From an uncultured Chloroflexia bacterium (GTDB lineage Bacteria > Chloroflexota > Limnocylindria > QHBO01): a stretch of 64,000 nucleotides of DNA. The notes below the pieces were generated by a model. That model saw only the letters and a list, made by a program, of their open reading frames with translations. It ran no database searches and was not told where the DNA came from. Both the position numbers and the translations under genes were made by a program. The stretch lies in the NCBI GenBank assembly GCA_963825905.1, contig CAWGUL010000002.1, positions 40,574 to 104,573 of the forward strand, given 5' to 3'. Of this stretch, positions 10,301-20,120 are shown piece after piece. Numbering within the stretch: the stretch's first letter is position 1; each line of letters opens with the position of its first letter.

Positions 10301-10330
10301 GGGCGGAGGAGCCAGCCGGCTCCCCCGCCC
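10301..10330 (+). terminator. GC-rich hairpin after the substrate-binding protein gene
   Basis: GGGCGGAGGAGCC-agcc-GGCTCCCCCGCCC, 12 of 13 positions paired, 28 nt after the stop at 10273; no clear U-tract. Confidence 0.55.
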
Positions 10331-10331
10331 G

Positions 10332-10337
10332 TATCCT
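10332..10337 (+). promoter_or_regulatory. -10-like box TATCCT, 10 nt before ATG 10348
   Basis: TATCCT-tgtccgcagc-ATG, directly after the terminator hairpin. Confidence 0.35.
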
Positions 10338-10347
10338 TGTCCGCAGC

Positions 10348-10986
10348 ATGTCGAGTCATCTGGAGCTCGCCGACTGGCGCCGCCGCGTGGCTGCCCTGTA
10401 CGCCGAGCTGCGCGCCGACCGCCGTCCCGACCCGATTCGGCTCGTGACGTTCCGGACGCGGAAGGACCGCCTCTTCGCCGAGCACGCCGAATCGCCGATC
10501 CCGGAGGCCGCACGGCGCGACTTCCGTGGCCTCGCCTACTGGCGCCACAGCCCCGAGCTCTCGTTCCGGGCGCGCCTCGAGCGCGACCCCGCGGCGCCAC
10601 CCTCCGACCTGCCGCGCTCCGGTGACGGGGCGGCGATGCCGTTTGTGCGCATCGGCTGGGTTCGATTCGTCGCCGTCGGGACACCGTGCCGGCTGGCGGT
10701 GTACTGGCTCAACGACTACGCGGGCGGGATCTTCATCCCGTTCCGCGACGCGACGAGCGGACGCGAGACCTACGGCGGCGGACGGTACCTGTGGGACTCC
10801 GCCAAGGGCGCCGATCTGGGGGCCGAGGGCGACGAGCTCGTCATCGACTTCAACTACGCCTATCACCCGTCGTGCGTCTACGACCCGCGCTGGAGCTGCC
10901 CGCTGAGCCCGGAGGAGAACCGGCTGGCGGTGCCCATCGCCGCCGGCGAGCGGCTCGACCGCGCCGACGCGGAGGTCGCGGCGTGA
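10348..10986 (+). CDS. DUF1684-family protein
   Basis: 212 aa; C-terminal YLWDSAKGADLG...DFNYAYHPSCVYDPRWSCPLSPEENRL..IAAGE matches my recollection of the DUF1684 signature. Confidence 0.7.
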   Translation: MSSHLELADWRRRVAALYAELRADRRPDPIRLVTFRTRKDRLFAEHAESPIPEAARRDFRGLAYWRHSPELSFRARLERDPAAPPSDLPRSGDGAAMPFVRIGWVRFVAVGTPCRLAVYWLNDYAGGIFIPFRDATSGRETYGGGRYLWDSAKGADLGAEGDELVIDFNYAYHPSCVYDPRWSCPLSPEENRLAVPIAAGERLDRADAEVAA

Positions 10987-11450
10987 CCGACCACGTCGAT
11001 CCACGCGCGGCCCGGCACTGCATCAAGTGCGGCCGGGAGGTGGGACCGGACGAGTCGATCTGCGCCGTCTGCAACCGCGCGGGCATGGTCACGCCGTCGG
11101 CGACCCAGTACCACGGCACGATGGTGGCGGCGATCATCGCCGGCGTGGCCGTGCTCGCGATCGCCGCCAGTCTGGCGATGCGCGGGATCGGGCCCTTCAC
11201 GGCGGAGGTGCTCACGAGCGCCCCGCGCGCCGGCGACACGCTGGCGGTGCAGCTCGCCGTCGCGAACGAGGGACAGCACGCGGGGCGTGCCCGCTGCCAG
11301 CTCATGGCCTATGACGGGTCGGGGCGCACGGTCCGCACCCGGAGCTTCGTGACGGTCGAGATCGCCGGTGGGCAGCGGATGCAGATCAGCGAGACGATGC
11401 CCGGCATCACCTCCGCCCCGCGGCGCGTGACCGTCAGCTGCGAAGGATGA
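10983..11450 (+). CDS. zinc-ribbon membrane-anchored protein
   Basis: GTG 10983 overlaps the previous stop (GTGA). CIKCGREV...CAVCN zinc ribbon, one hydrophobic helix (MVAAIIAGVAVLAIAASLA), then a beta-rich domain. The upstream part of ORF-track entry 10686..11450 is out-of-frame overlap with DUF1684. Confidence 0.6.
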   Translation: MTDHVDPRAARHCIKCGREVGPDESICAVCNRAGMVTPSATQYHGTMVAAIIAGVAVLAIAASLAMRGIGPFTAEVLTSAPRAGDTLAVQLAVANEGQHAGRARCQLMAYDGSGRTVRTRSFVTVEIAGGQRMQISETMPGITSAPRRVTVSCEG

Positions 11451-11474
11451 CGGCGACGACCACGCGTGCCGGCC

Positions 11475-12014
11475 TCAGCGGAAGATGAGGGTGACCGGCA
11501 TGAGGCCCCGGCTGAGCGGCTGGTCGCTCACGAGCGGCCACGCCTCGTGGGACAGGTCCACCACACGCTGGTCAGCCGAGCCCCAGTAGCACTGGCACCA
11601 GTCGACGACGCGAAGCTCGACGCATCGGTCGGCACACACGGTGACCGTGCCGTTGACGTGGCCGGTGTAGCGGCCGCCGAGCGCACCGGGAAGCGCGACG
11701 ACCGGCTCGCCCATCCAGCCCGCGGTGCCCGCGTACGTGCTGGCGATGCCGTTCACCCGCGTCCGCTCTGACGCACCCTGCGCGGTCACGGCGCGTGGCC
11801 CCGTCGAGTTCGGTGCGGTGGCGGTGCCGCGCGCGTCGGTTCTCGTGCCGTGAGCGGCGAGCACCTGCTGCTCGACGATGGTGGCGTCGAGTCCCGCGGA
11901 ATGCCGAACGAGCGTCCCGGTGTCACGGGCGGCGGCGAATCCGCCGCCCATGGCAGTCGCCAGGACGAAGGCGGCGACCGCGACGGCGCACAACGCCGCG
12001 ATGCGATGTCTCAA
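11475..12014 (-). CDS. secreted RlpA/expansin-like double-psi beta-barrel (DPBB) protein
   Basis: 179 aa, TTG start, signal-like N-terminus; ASTYAGTAGW...TVTVCADRCVELRVVDWCQCYWGSADQRVVDLSHEAW fits the DPBB pattern. Confidence 0.55.
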   Translation of the reverse strand: MRHRIAALCAVAVAAFVLATAMGGGFAAARDTGTLVRHSAGLDATIVEQQVLAAHGTRTDARGTATAPNSTGPRAVTAQGASERTRVNGIASTYAGTAGWMGEPVVALPGALGGRYTGHVNGTVTVCADRCVELRVVDWCQCYWGSADQRVVDLSHEAWPLVSDQPLSRGLMPVTLIFR

Positions 12015-12227
12015 TGGTCAAACGATCCGTTGCGAGGTCCGTCAGGGGCGGGCAATGGGATGCGCGAAGCAGCAGCGCGACGATTCCTTTACCCCCGCGG
12101 CGGTGGCAGTCCAGCCGCAGGCCCCGGTGCCGAGATTCGACGCGTCAGGCGTCGCCGGCACCTCCCCCTGAGCTCTCGATGAGCTCGCAAGAAGGGTGCC
12201 AGCCCTTCCGGGGAGCGTCAAACGGGC

Positions 12228-12233
12228 TATCCT
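12228..12233 (+). promoter_or_regulatory. -10-like box TATCCT, 8 nt before ATG 12242
   Basis: TATCCT-cgcccccg-ATG; no SD. Confidence 0.4.
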
Positions 12234-12241
12234 CGCCCCCG

Positions 12242-13964
12242 ATGCGTCTGCGCCCGATCGTCCCCGTCCTCGCGCTCCTCGCGCTGTTCGCCCTCGGGCT
12301 TGCGGGCGTCGTGGGCGCCGCGGGGCCGCCGTTCCCCGCCCCGACGACGAACCAGGCGGTGTACGACACGGCGGACGCCCTGCAGGCCGCGACGGTGAGC
12401 CGGGCGGAGCAGATCGCCGACGCCATCGAGCAGGCGAGCGGGGCGGAGCTCGTGGTCTACACCCAGGTGAAGCCGTTCATCAGCGAGGACGAGAACCTCG
12501 CCGACGCCCGCGCGCTCATGGACCAATGGGGCGTGGGTCGTGCGGGCTTCGACGACGGGCTCGTCATGATGATCGGCCTGGACGACGACCTCGTCCACGG
12601 CAAGGTGAGCTTCTTCGCCGGATCCGGCTATCGCGCTTCCTACCTCGACGAGGATGCGCTGAAGCGGATCATCGACGACGATTTCGTTCCCTCGGCGCGC
12701 GACGGCGACCTCGACGGGGCGGTCCTGCGCAGCCTCGAGGCCGTCCAGGCGGCGACGACCCCGGCCCAGGCCGAGCGGCTGAACCGTGCCCGCCAGCTGA
12801 ACGCGATCCTGGGGCTCGTGGTGGCGCCCCTCGCGTTCCTGCTGCTGGCCGGGCTTGCCTACCTGACGTGGCGGCGCGAGGGTGACGACCCGGACGTCAT
12901 CGACTCCCCGTCGATCCTCATGGCGGGACCGCCGGCCGGCATGACGCCCGCCCTCGCGACCGTGGTCCGCGAGGGCCGCGCGACCCAGCACAGCATCAAC
13001 GTCACCCTGCTCGACATCGCCAGTACCGGCCGCATCAGCTTCGAGAACCTCGACCAGGTCGCCGGCGCGAAATCGGACGCCGAGCCCGATCCGCTCACCG
13101 ATCCGGCGGTGGTCATCCACCCCGCGCCGGCCGCGACGCGCGACCTGACACCGATCTCCGCCACCGTCGACAGCGAGCTCCGTCAGCTGGCCGGCGGATC
13201 GGACCGCCTGTCGCGTGAGCGCCTGTGGCGCATGAACGACGCGCTCTCCCCCACCCGCGAGCTGCTGGAGCGGGCATCGGTCGAGCTCGGATGGCTGACC
13301 CGCGAGCCGACACCGGTCATCAACCGCTGGACCGCCATCGCCGGCGTCGAGCTGGCGGCGTGGCATCGGGGCGGGCGTGCTCGCCCTCGTGCTCCCGGCG
13401 AGCGGGCTGCTCCTGCTGGGGATCGGGATCGCGCTGGGTGCGATGGTCACGTTCGGCTTCGCTCGCGCCATGAGCCAGCGCACGCCGAACGGCGGCCTCG
13501 TGGACGCGATGCTCAAGGCGTACCGGCGGACGCTCGAGAAGACGATGGAGCAGGCACGCTCGATGAACGAGGTCGTCGCCAACGACGAGGTGGCGGTGCT
13601 CGCCGACACGCCCGACAAGGCCGTCGTGTGGGGCATCGCGCTGGGGCTCCGCGCCCAGGTCGCGGCGGTGCTCGCGCGCAGCCTCGAGGACCTGCAGGCC
13701 CGCGGCGGCACCTCGGCCGCCCCCGCCTACTACCCGGCCTGGTTCGGGTCGACGGCGGGCTCCGGCTTCGGCACCGCGGACGCCGGCATGATCCGCGGCG
13801 GTGGCGGCCTCTTCTCCGGCTCCGCCTTCCCCGACGTGGGAGGCATGTTCAACGCGCTGGGCAGCCTCGGCAACACGCCGCCCTCATCGGCGAGCTCGTC
13901 GGGCGGCGGTGGCTTCGGCGGTGGCGGGTCATCAGGCGGCGGTGGCGCGAGCGGGAGCTTCTAG
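12242..13964 (+). pseudogene. TPM-domain / DUF2207-type membrane protein, reading frame broken near 13364 (one extra base, or assembly error)
   Basis: ATG 12242 (signal peptide, then TPM phosphatase-like domain AVYDTADAL...ELVVYTQV) runs in one frame to about 13363 (..IAGVELAAW). The sensible continuation (IGAGVLALVLPASGLLLLGIGIALG...Gly-rich tail) is in the next frame, 13365..13964. After 13364 the first frame gives only Arg/Gly/Pro junk until 14089. Confidence 0.75.
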
Positions 13965-14021
13965 CGCGTCGTTTCAATCGGCGGCGTCACAACGCCACTG
14001 GTGCATTCGTGACAAACCGGC

Positions 14022-14027
14022 CATACT
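14022..14027 (+). promoter_or_regulatory. -10-like box CATACT, 6 nt before ATG 14034
   Basis: CATACT-cccttc-ATG in a locally AT-richer stretch; no SD. Confidence 0.4.
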
Positions 14028-14033
14028 CCCTTC

Positions 14034-14261
14034 ATGGCACAGCAACGACGCAACGACCGACGACCGAGCGGGGGCCGGGGCGGATTTGAACGGGGTGGAT
14101 TCGAGCGGCCGGACCGCGGCGGGTTTGAACGAGGGGGCGACCGACCCGCGGAGCGCAGCGGGTTCCGGCCGAGCGGCGGCTTCGAGCCGCGCCCGGCGGC
14201 TTCGAGCGTCGTCCGCCCGCGCCACGGCCCACGTTCCGCCGCGAGGACGAGGGCGGGATGA
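14034..14261 (+). CDS. Arg/Gly-rich GGFER-repeat protein (possibly the N-terminal part of the next gene)
   Basis: 75 aa: MAQQRRNDRRPSGGRGGFERGGFERPDRGGFERGGDRPAERSGFRPSGGFEPR... CATACT box 6 nt upstream and no SD; ATGA overlap with the next gene. GC3 visibly lower than neighbouring genes. Confidence 0.5.
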   Translation: MAQQRRNDRRPSGGRGGFERGGFERPDRGGFERGGDRPAERSGFRPSGGFEPRPAASSVVRPRHGPRSAARTRAG

Positions 14262-14935
14262 ACATTCGGCTCACGCCGCACCAGCTGTCGACCCTCAAGG
14301 CCCTCGCCGGCGAGGCCGGCCTGCGGCCGGGCGAGCTCGTCACGCAGTGGGTGGAGGAGCGCCTGGCCGGCGCGCGTGGCGGCGCCGCAGCGGCGCCGGC
14401 GCAGCCGTCCGCTAGCCTCGCCGCCGAGATCAAGGCCCTTGCGGCGCGCGTGGCAGCCCTCGAGGCCGGTGGCATGGCAACCGCCGTCGCGGCCCCCGCC
14501 GCTGCCGAGCCTGCCGCGGCCAGCGTTTCCGACGAGGTCGCCATCCCGAAGCGGCGCGGCCGACCCCCGAAGTCGGCGAGCGCAGCGGCTGATCGCGCCG
14601 CCGCCGATGGCGCGACGGCCGCTGGCACGGCGACCGCCGCCAGCGCCAAGCGCGCGCCGCGCGCCAAGCGCGGCACCACGACGAGCCGTCGCGCCAAGGC
14701 GGGCGGGACTGGCTGGAAGCGCGTGCCGCTGCACGAGGAGATCATCGCCGTGATCGGCGAACGCGGACCGATGACGGCCGCTGAGCTGGCGACGACGATC
14801 ACCGAGCGCGGAGTCTTCCAGCCGCCGCGCAGCGGCAAGGCGCTCGACGCGGCAACGGTGAACAGCCGGGTCAGCAACCCCGTCTACCGCGCGCGGTTCC
14901 GCCGCGACGGCCACAGGATCACGCTCGCCGACTAG
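14258..14935 (+). CDS. DNA-binding protein: RHH-like N-terminus, Ala-rich linker with AT-hook, HARE-HTH/winged-helix-like C-terminus
   Basis: MNIRLTPHQLSTLKALAGEAGLRPGELVTQWVEERL (CopG/RHH-like); KRRGRPPKS (AT-hook core RGRP); C-terminal EEIIAVIGERGPMTAAELATTITERGVF...ATVNSRVSN..YRARFRRDGHRITL (HARE-HTH-like pattern). Confidence 0.7.
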   Translation: MNIRLTPHQLSTLKALAGEAGLRPGELVTQWVEERLAGARGGAAAAPAQPSASLAAEIKALAARVAALEAGGMATAVAAPAAAEPAAASVSDEVAIPKRRGRPPKSASAAADRAAADGATAAGTATAASAKRAPRAKRGTTTSRRAKAGGTGWKRVPLHEEIIAVIGERGPMTAAELATTITERGVFQPPRSGKALDAATVNSRVSNPVYRARFRRDGHRITLAD

Positions 14936-14936
14936 G

Positions 14937-15840
14937 GTGGTCACCGCCATCGGGCCGGCGGGAGTCTGGTCGAACTTCGACCGCCTCAGCGCCGCCGAGC
15001 TGCGCGCCTTCGCGCTGCGCGCGGAGGCCGGCGGCTACGACGCGCTGTGGACCCAGGAGACGGCAGGCCGCGACCCGTTCGCGCTGCTCGCCGATCTCGC
15101 CGCCCGCACCGAGCGCATTCGCCTCGGGGTGGGCATCGCGATCGTCCATGGCCGCGACGCGACGGCGATGCGCGCCGGGGCGGCGACCGTCCATGAGCTG
15201 TCCGGCGGCCGGATGATCCTCGGCGTGGGCGCCAGCCACCGGGACACGGTGGCGGAGGTGCGGGGCCACGACTACCCCGCGCCGCTGACGGCGATGCGCG
15301 CGTTCGTGGACGCGTACGGCGCGGCCGAGTACCGCGCTCCGCGGCCGGCCGGCGACCCGCCGCTCGTGCTCGCCGCCCTGCGCCCGCGGATGCTGACGCT
15401 CGCCGCCGAACGGACCGACGGCGCGTTCCCGTATCTCGTCCCGCCGGCCTACGTGCCGCGGGCACGCCGGCGGCTCGACGAGGCGGCGTCGCACGCGGGG
15501 CGCCCGCGCCCGCTGCTCATCGTGAGCCAGGCATGCGTCGTGGCATCGGGCAGGGATGCTGCGCGGCGCGCCGCCGAGCGCTACCTCGATCGGTATCTCG
15601 GCCTGCCGAACTACCTCGCCAACCTCCGCGACTGCGGCTTCGGCGAGGACGATCTCGATCAAGCCCGGCTCGGAGGACCTCGTCGATGCCCTCGTGGCGT
15701 GGGGCGACACGGCCTCGATCCGGGCCCGCCTGCGGGGGCTGCTCGACGGGGGCGCGGACCACGTTGCGATCGTGCCGCTGACCGCCGACGGCCTGATGGC
15801 CGACGCCGCGACGATGGAGGCGCTGGCGCCGCCATGGTGA
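14937..15840 (+). pseudogene. luciferase-like (LLM, F420-type) oxidoreductase, frame broken near 15666
   Basis: GTG 14937 is 1 nt after the previous stop. LLM pattern to ..CGFGEDDLDQA (15665). The conserved C-terminus GSEDLVDALVAWGDTASIRARLRGLLDGGADHVAIVP is in the next frame (15667..15840). The original frame gives junk to 15938. Confidence 0.8.
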
Positions 15841-15843
15841 TGC

Positions 15844-15868
15844 CGGCCGGCGCGGCGCGCGCCGGCCG
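15844..15868. terminator. GC palindrome between convergent genes (bidirectional terminator candidate)
   Basis: CGGCCGGCGCG-gcg-CGCGCCGGCCG, 11-bp stem, between the LLM stop (15840) and the dodecin stop (15874). Confidence 0.45.
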
Positions 15869-15873
15869 ATCGG

Positions 15874-16077
15874 TCAGTCGTCGAGGACGAACGTCACCAG
15901 GATGTTGGCCTGGAACTCGACGCCGCCATCCCGGCTGACGTTGACGCGCTGCTCCTTCACCCAGGCGCTGCGAACCTCGCGCAGGGTCTTGTTGGCGCGC
16001 TCGATGCCCTGGCGGATGGCATCCTCGAAGCTCTCGGTCGAGGTGCAGGACAGCTCGGTGACTCGTGCGACGGACAT
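15874..16077 (-). CDS. dodecin (flavin-binding/storage protein)
   Basis: 67 aa; VTELSCTSTESFEDAIRQGIERANKTLREVRSAWV... matches the dodecin family pattern; GAGGAG upstream. Confidence 0.85.
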   Translation of the reverse strand: MSVARVTELSCTSTESFEDAIRQGIERANKTLREVRSAWVKEQRVNVSRDGGVEFQANILVTFVLDD

Positions 16078-16170
16078 GGGGTCTCCTCTCGGCTCGTGAT
16101 GCGATGGAACGATAGGGACCGATGATGCACGACCCGCGCCACCGCGCGGCCCGCGATGCGCATCGGCTGC

Positions 16171-17202
16171 TCAGGAGCCGTGCGCGGCGGTCCAGGCGAG
16201 GAGCTCGTCGACCGGCCGCGCGTTGAGGATGGCCTCGGCCGCGACGCCGCTCCGGAACGCGCGCTCCGCCCCGTTGCGGAGCCACGCCAGCTGGCCGGGC
16301 GCGTGGGCGTCGGAGTCGATCGTGAACCGGCAGCCGGCCTCGAGCGCCAGCCGGATGAGCCGCTTCGGCGGATCCTGCCGCTCCGGTCGGCTGTTGATCT
16401 CGATCGCCTTGTCGAAGCGTGCCGCCGCCGCGAACACGATGTCGGCATCGAACGTCGACTCAGGCCGGTTCCGTCGGCCGGCCCGCATCCGGCCCGTCAT
16501 GTGGCCGAGGACGTCGAGATGCGGGTTGGCGAGCGCGGCGACCATCCGGCGCGTCATCGGCCGCGATTCCATCCGCAGCTCCGAGTGGACGCTGCCGACG
16601 ACGAGGTCGAGGCGCTCGAGGAGCTCCGGCTCCTGGTCGAGCTCGCCCTCGGCGAGGATGTCGACCTCGATCCCGGTGAGGATGCGGAACGGCGCGAGCG
16701 CCTCGTTCAGCCGCGCGACCTCGGCCAGCTGCTGGCGGAGACGCTCCGGCGAGAGCCCATTCGCCACCGTGAGGCGCGGCGAATGGTCGGTGAGAACGAT
16801 GTAGCGGCGGCCGAGCTCGATCGCCGCCTCGGCCATCTCGCGGATCGGCGCGCCCCCGTCCGACCAATCGGAATGGACGTGGCAGTCACCGACCAGGGCG
16901 TCGAGGATCGTGGCCGTGCCCGCCTCGACCGGCGTCGCGCCGGTGGCCGCGACGCGACGGAGGTAGACCGGCTCCTCGCCGCGCAGCGACTCGAGGATCG
17001 TGCGCTCGGTGACCTCGCCGATCCCCGGCAGGTCGCGCAGCGTGCCGGCGCCGGCGCGACGCTCGAGCTCGCCCGGCTCGAGCGCCGCCACGCTCGCCGC
17101 CGCGCTGCGGAACGCCCGCACGCGGTAGCCGGGCTCGCTGGCAGCCTCGAGCAGGAACGCGATCCGCCGCAGGTCGGCGACCGGGTCACGCGGGGCCGCC
17201 AT
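16171..17202 (-). CDS. PHP-domain phosphoesterase with N-terminal PolX-type helix-hairpin-helix module
   Basis: 343 aa; N-terminal LRDLPGIGEVTERTILESL (HhH), then PHP motifs GDCHVHSDWSDG, VLTDHSP, GIEVDIL, GSVHS, DSDAH. No polymerase palm/thumb region. Confidence 0.8.
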   Translation of the reverse strand: MAAPRDPVADLRRIAFLLEAASEPGYRVRAFRSAAASVAALEPGELERRAGAGTLRDLPGIGEVTERTILESLRGEEPVYLRRVAATGATPVEAGTATILDALVGDCHVHSDWSDGGAPIREMAEAAIELGRRYIVLTDHSPRLTVANGLSPERLRQQLAEVARLNEALAPFRILTGIEVDILAEGELDQEPELLERLDLVVGSVHSELRMESRPMTRRMVAALANPHLDVLGHMTGRMRAGRRNRPESTFDADIVFAAAARFDKAIEINSRPERQDPPKRLIRLALEAGCRFTIDSDAHAPGQLAWLRNGAERAFRSGVAAEAILNARPVDELLAWTAAHGS

Positions 17203-17212
17203 GGTCGGTCGG

Positions 17213-18151
17213 CTACCCGATCGTGAGCAGCCGGCGGGGGTTCTCGACCGTCATCGTCGCGATCTCGCCCTCGCCGACCGCCGCCGTGCGCAGCCGCGGC
17301 AGGAAATGCTGCTGGAGGTACGTGTAGCCGAAGCCGCCGTTCGCCTTGAGCTGCGCGTCGTGGCACACGTCCTGGCTGAGGAGCAGCTGCGTCGCGTGGC
17401 CGCGTTCGAGCAGCTCGACGATGAGCTCGATGAGGCGCGGCTCGGCCGCCTCCTCCGTCCCGAAGCGATGGCCGAGGAAGTCGAACTCGAGGTTGGCGCC
17501 CGTGTCGAGGATGCGGAGGTAGTGGTCGAGGTCGGGGTACGAGTCGGCGTGACCGACGATCACCCGCTCGGGACTGAGACCCTCCTCGACCAGGACGTCG
17601 AGCTGGGCGGCGCCGACCGGCGACGCCACGCCGTGGGTCGAGACGGCCATGCCGGTCGCCATCGCGGCCCGCGCCGCGGCGCGATGGACCCGCTCCTCGG
17701 CCGGGCTGAGCCAGGGCTTGTCGGTGCCGATCTCGCCGATGATCCCGGGCCGCACGCCGGTCCCGGCGACCCCGTGCTCGAACTCGGCGATGAGCTCGGA
17801 CGCCAGCTCGCCCACCGTCCGGCGGGCGATGCGCGCCTCCGGTGGGTAGTAGGACTCGCGATACCAGCCGCAGCCCATCACGACGTGGAGCCCGGTTCGG
17901 CTGGCGAGGCGGCGCAGCCGCTCCGGATCGCGGCCGACGCCCGGCAGGGTGAGGTCGACGAGCGTCGCGCCGCCGCGGCGCCGGAAGTCCCGCAGCTCGT
18001 CGGTGACGAGGTCGTCGGGCGCGCTGAGGGCCCAGTAGTCCCAGCGCGCCGGGACCTCCCACAAGCTGATGCGGGTGTGCTCGTGTGGAAGGGCCATTCC
18101 CACCTGGTCGGGCGGGATCGGTCCGCCCACGGTCATGACGCGTTCGGGCAC
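17213..18151 (-). CDS. phosphotriesterase-family (PTE/PHP) amidohydrolase-fold hydrolase
   Basis: 312 aa; GMALPHEHT metal motif and PTE-family pattern; GTG start preceded by AGGAGG at 7-nt spacing. Confidence 0.8.
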   Translation of the reverse strand: MPERVMTVGGPIPPDQVGMALPHEHTRISLWEVPARWDYWALSAPDDLVTDELRDFRRRGGATLVDLTLPGVGRDPERLRRLASRTGLHVVMGCGWYRESYYPPEARIARRTVGELASELIAEFEHGVAGTGVRPGIIGEIGTDKPWLSPAEERVHRAAARAAMATGMAVSTHGVASPVGAAQLDVLVEEGLSPERVIVGHADSYPDLDHYLRILDTGANLEFDFLGHRFGTEEAAEPRLIELIVELLERGHATQLLLSQDVCHDAQLKANGGFGYTYLQQHFLPRLRTAAVGEGEIATMTVENPRRLLTIG

Positions 18152-18251
18152 CGTGGATCCTCCTGGCGGTCGCGCCGGCCGGCATGCAAGCGGGCCGCCG
18201 GCGCATCGGTGTGGTGCGCGCAGTGTGGACCGCCGGAGCGATCCGGTGCGC

Positions 18252-18257
18252 TAGCCT
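18252..18257 (+). promoter_or_regulatory. -10-like box TAGCCT, 7 nt before ATG 18265
   Basis: TAGCCT-tgcgccg-ATG; no SD. Confidence 0.45.
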
Positions 18258-18264
18258 TGCGCCG

Positions 18265-19521
<1,257 letters not shown>

Positions 19522-19539
19522 CCCGCCGCTCACCACGAA

Positions 19540-19586
19540 GCGGAGGATCGCCGCGGGCCTGTGGGTGGCCCGGCGGCTTCCTCCGC
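19540..19586. terminator. long imperfect hairpin between convergent genes
   Basis: GCGGAGGA..GCCGCGGGCC-tgtgggt-GGCCCGGCGGC..TCCTCCGC, between the stop at 19521 (+) and the stop at 19630 (-). Confidence 0.45.
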
Positions 19587-19629
19587 CCCGCGTTCCCCCG
19601 ATCGAGTTGGAGTGACGGTCGGGCCGCGC

Positions 19630-20085
19630 TCAGCCGGCCGCCATCTCCGAAGGCTGGAGCGCCACGCCGGACACGCCGTGCGCGAGCTCGCTCTCCGCGC
19701 GCGATGCCTCACCTGCCCAGCCGGCGAGCTGCTCGGCCGGCGCAAGGTTCGGCCCCTCGTTGAGGTCGAGGCCGCTGATCGCGGCGAACTGGCGCTTGAA
19801 CCACAGGTCATGGGGGTCCATCGACACGGCCAGCAGGCGGAGCGACCGATGCAGGTCGTGGCTCATGATCAGGCCGACGAGGGCGTCCTCTCCGGCCTGG
19901 TGGGCGAGGTACCAGCGCGCGCCCCCGATGCCCACTCGTCGATCGGATCGCTCCTGCTCGGCGCGGCGCTCAGCTGCAAGCTGGCGCATGAAGTCGCGCG
20001 CCGACTCCCCCCGGCCGGGCAGGAGCGAGACGACCAGACAGTGTTCCTCCACCTGCCGATGGTCGCGCCCATCGGCTTGGCGCAC
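19630..20085 (-). CDS. hypothetical protein (family not recognised)
   Basis: 151-aa ORF directly downstream of the LAL regulator; good GC3. Start uncertain (GTG 20085, GTG 20052 or a later ATG); an 8-bp hairpin GCCGATGG/CCATCGGC lies at 20055..20076. Confidence 0.45.
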   Translation of the reverse strand: MRQADGRDHRQVEEHCLVVSLLPGRGESARDFMRQLAAERRAEQERSDRRVGIGGARWYLAHQAGEDALVGLIMSHDLHRSLRLLAVSMDPHDLWFKRQFAAISGLDLNEGPNLAPAEQLAGWAGEASRAESELAHGVSGVALQPSEMAAG

Positions 20086-20120
20086 ATCCGGAAATGCCTT
20101 AGACCGATGCGACGGCGGCC

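Noticed and set aside
13730-13964. Gly-rich GGC/GGT repeats near 13900
   Set aside because: This is the in-frame Gly/Ser-rich C-terminal tail (SSGGGGFGGGGSSGGGGASGSF) typical of DUF2207-type proteins, not a satellite or regulatory repeat.
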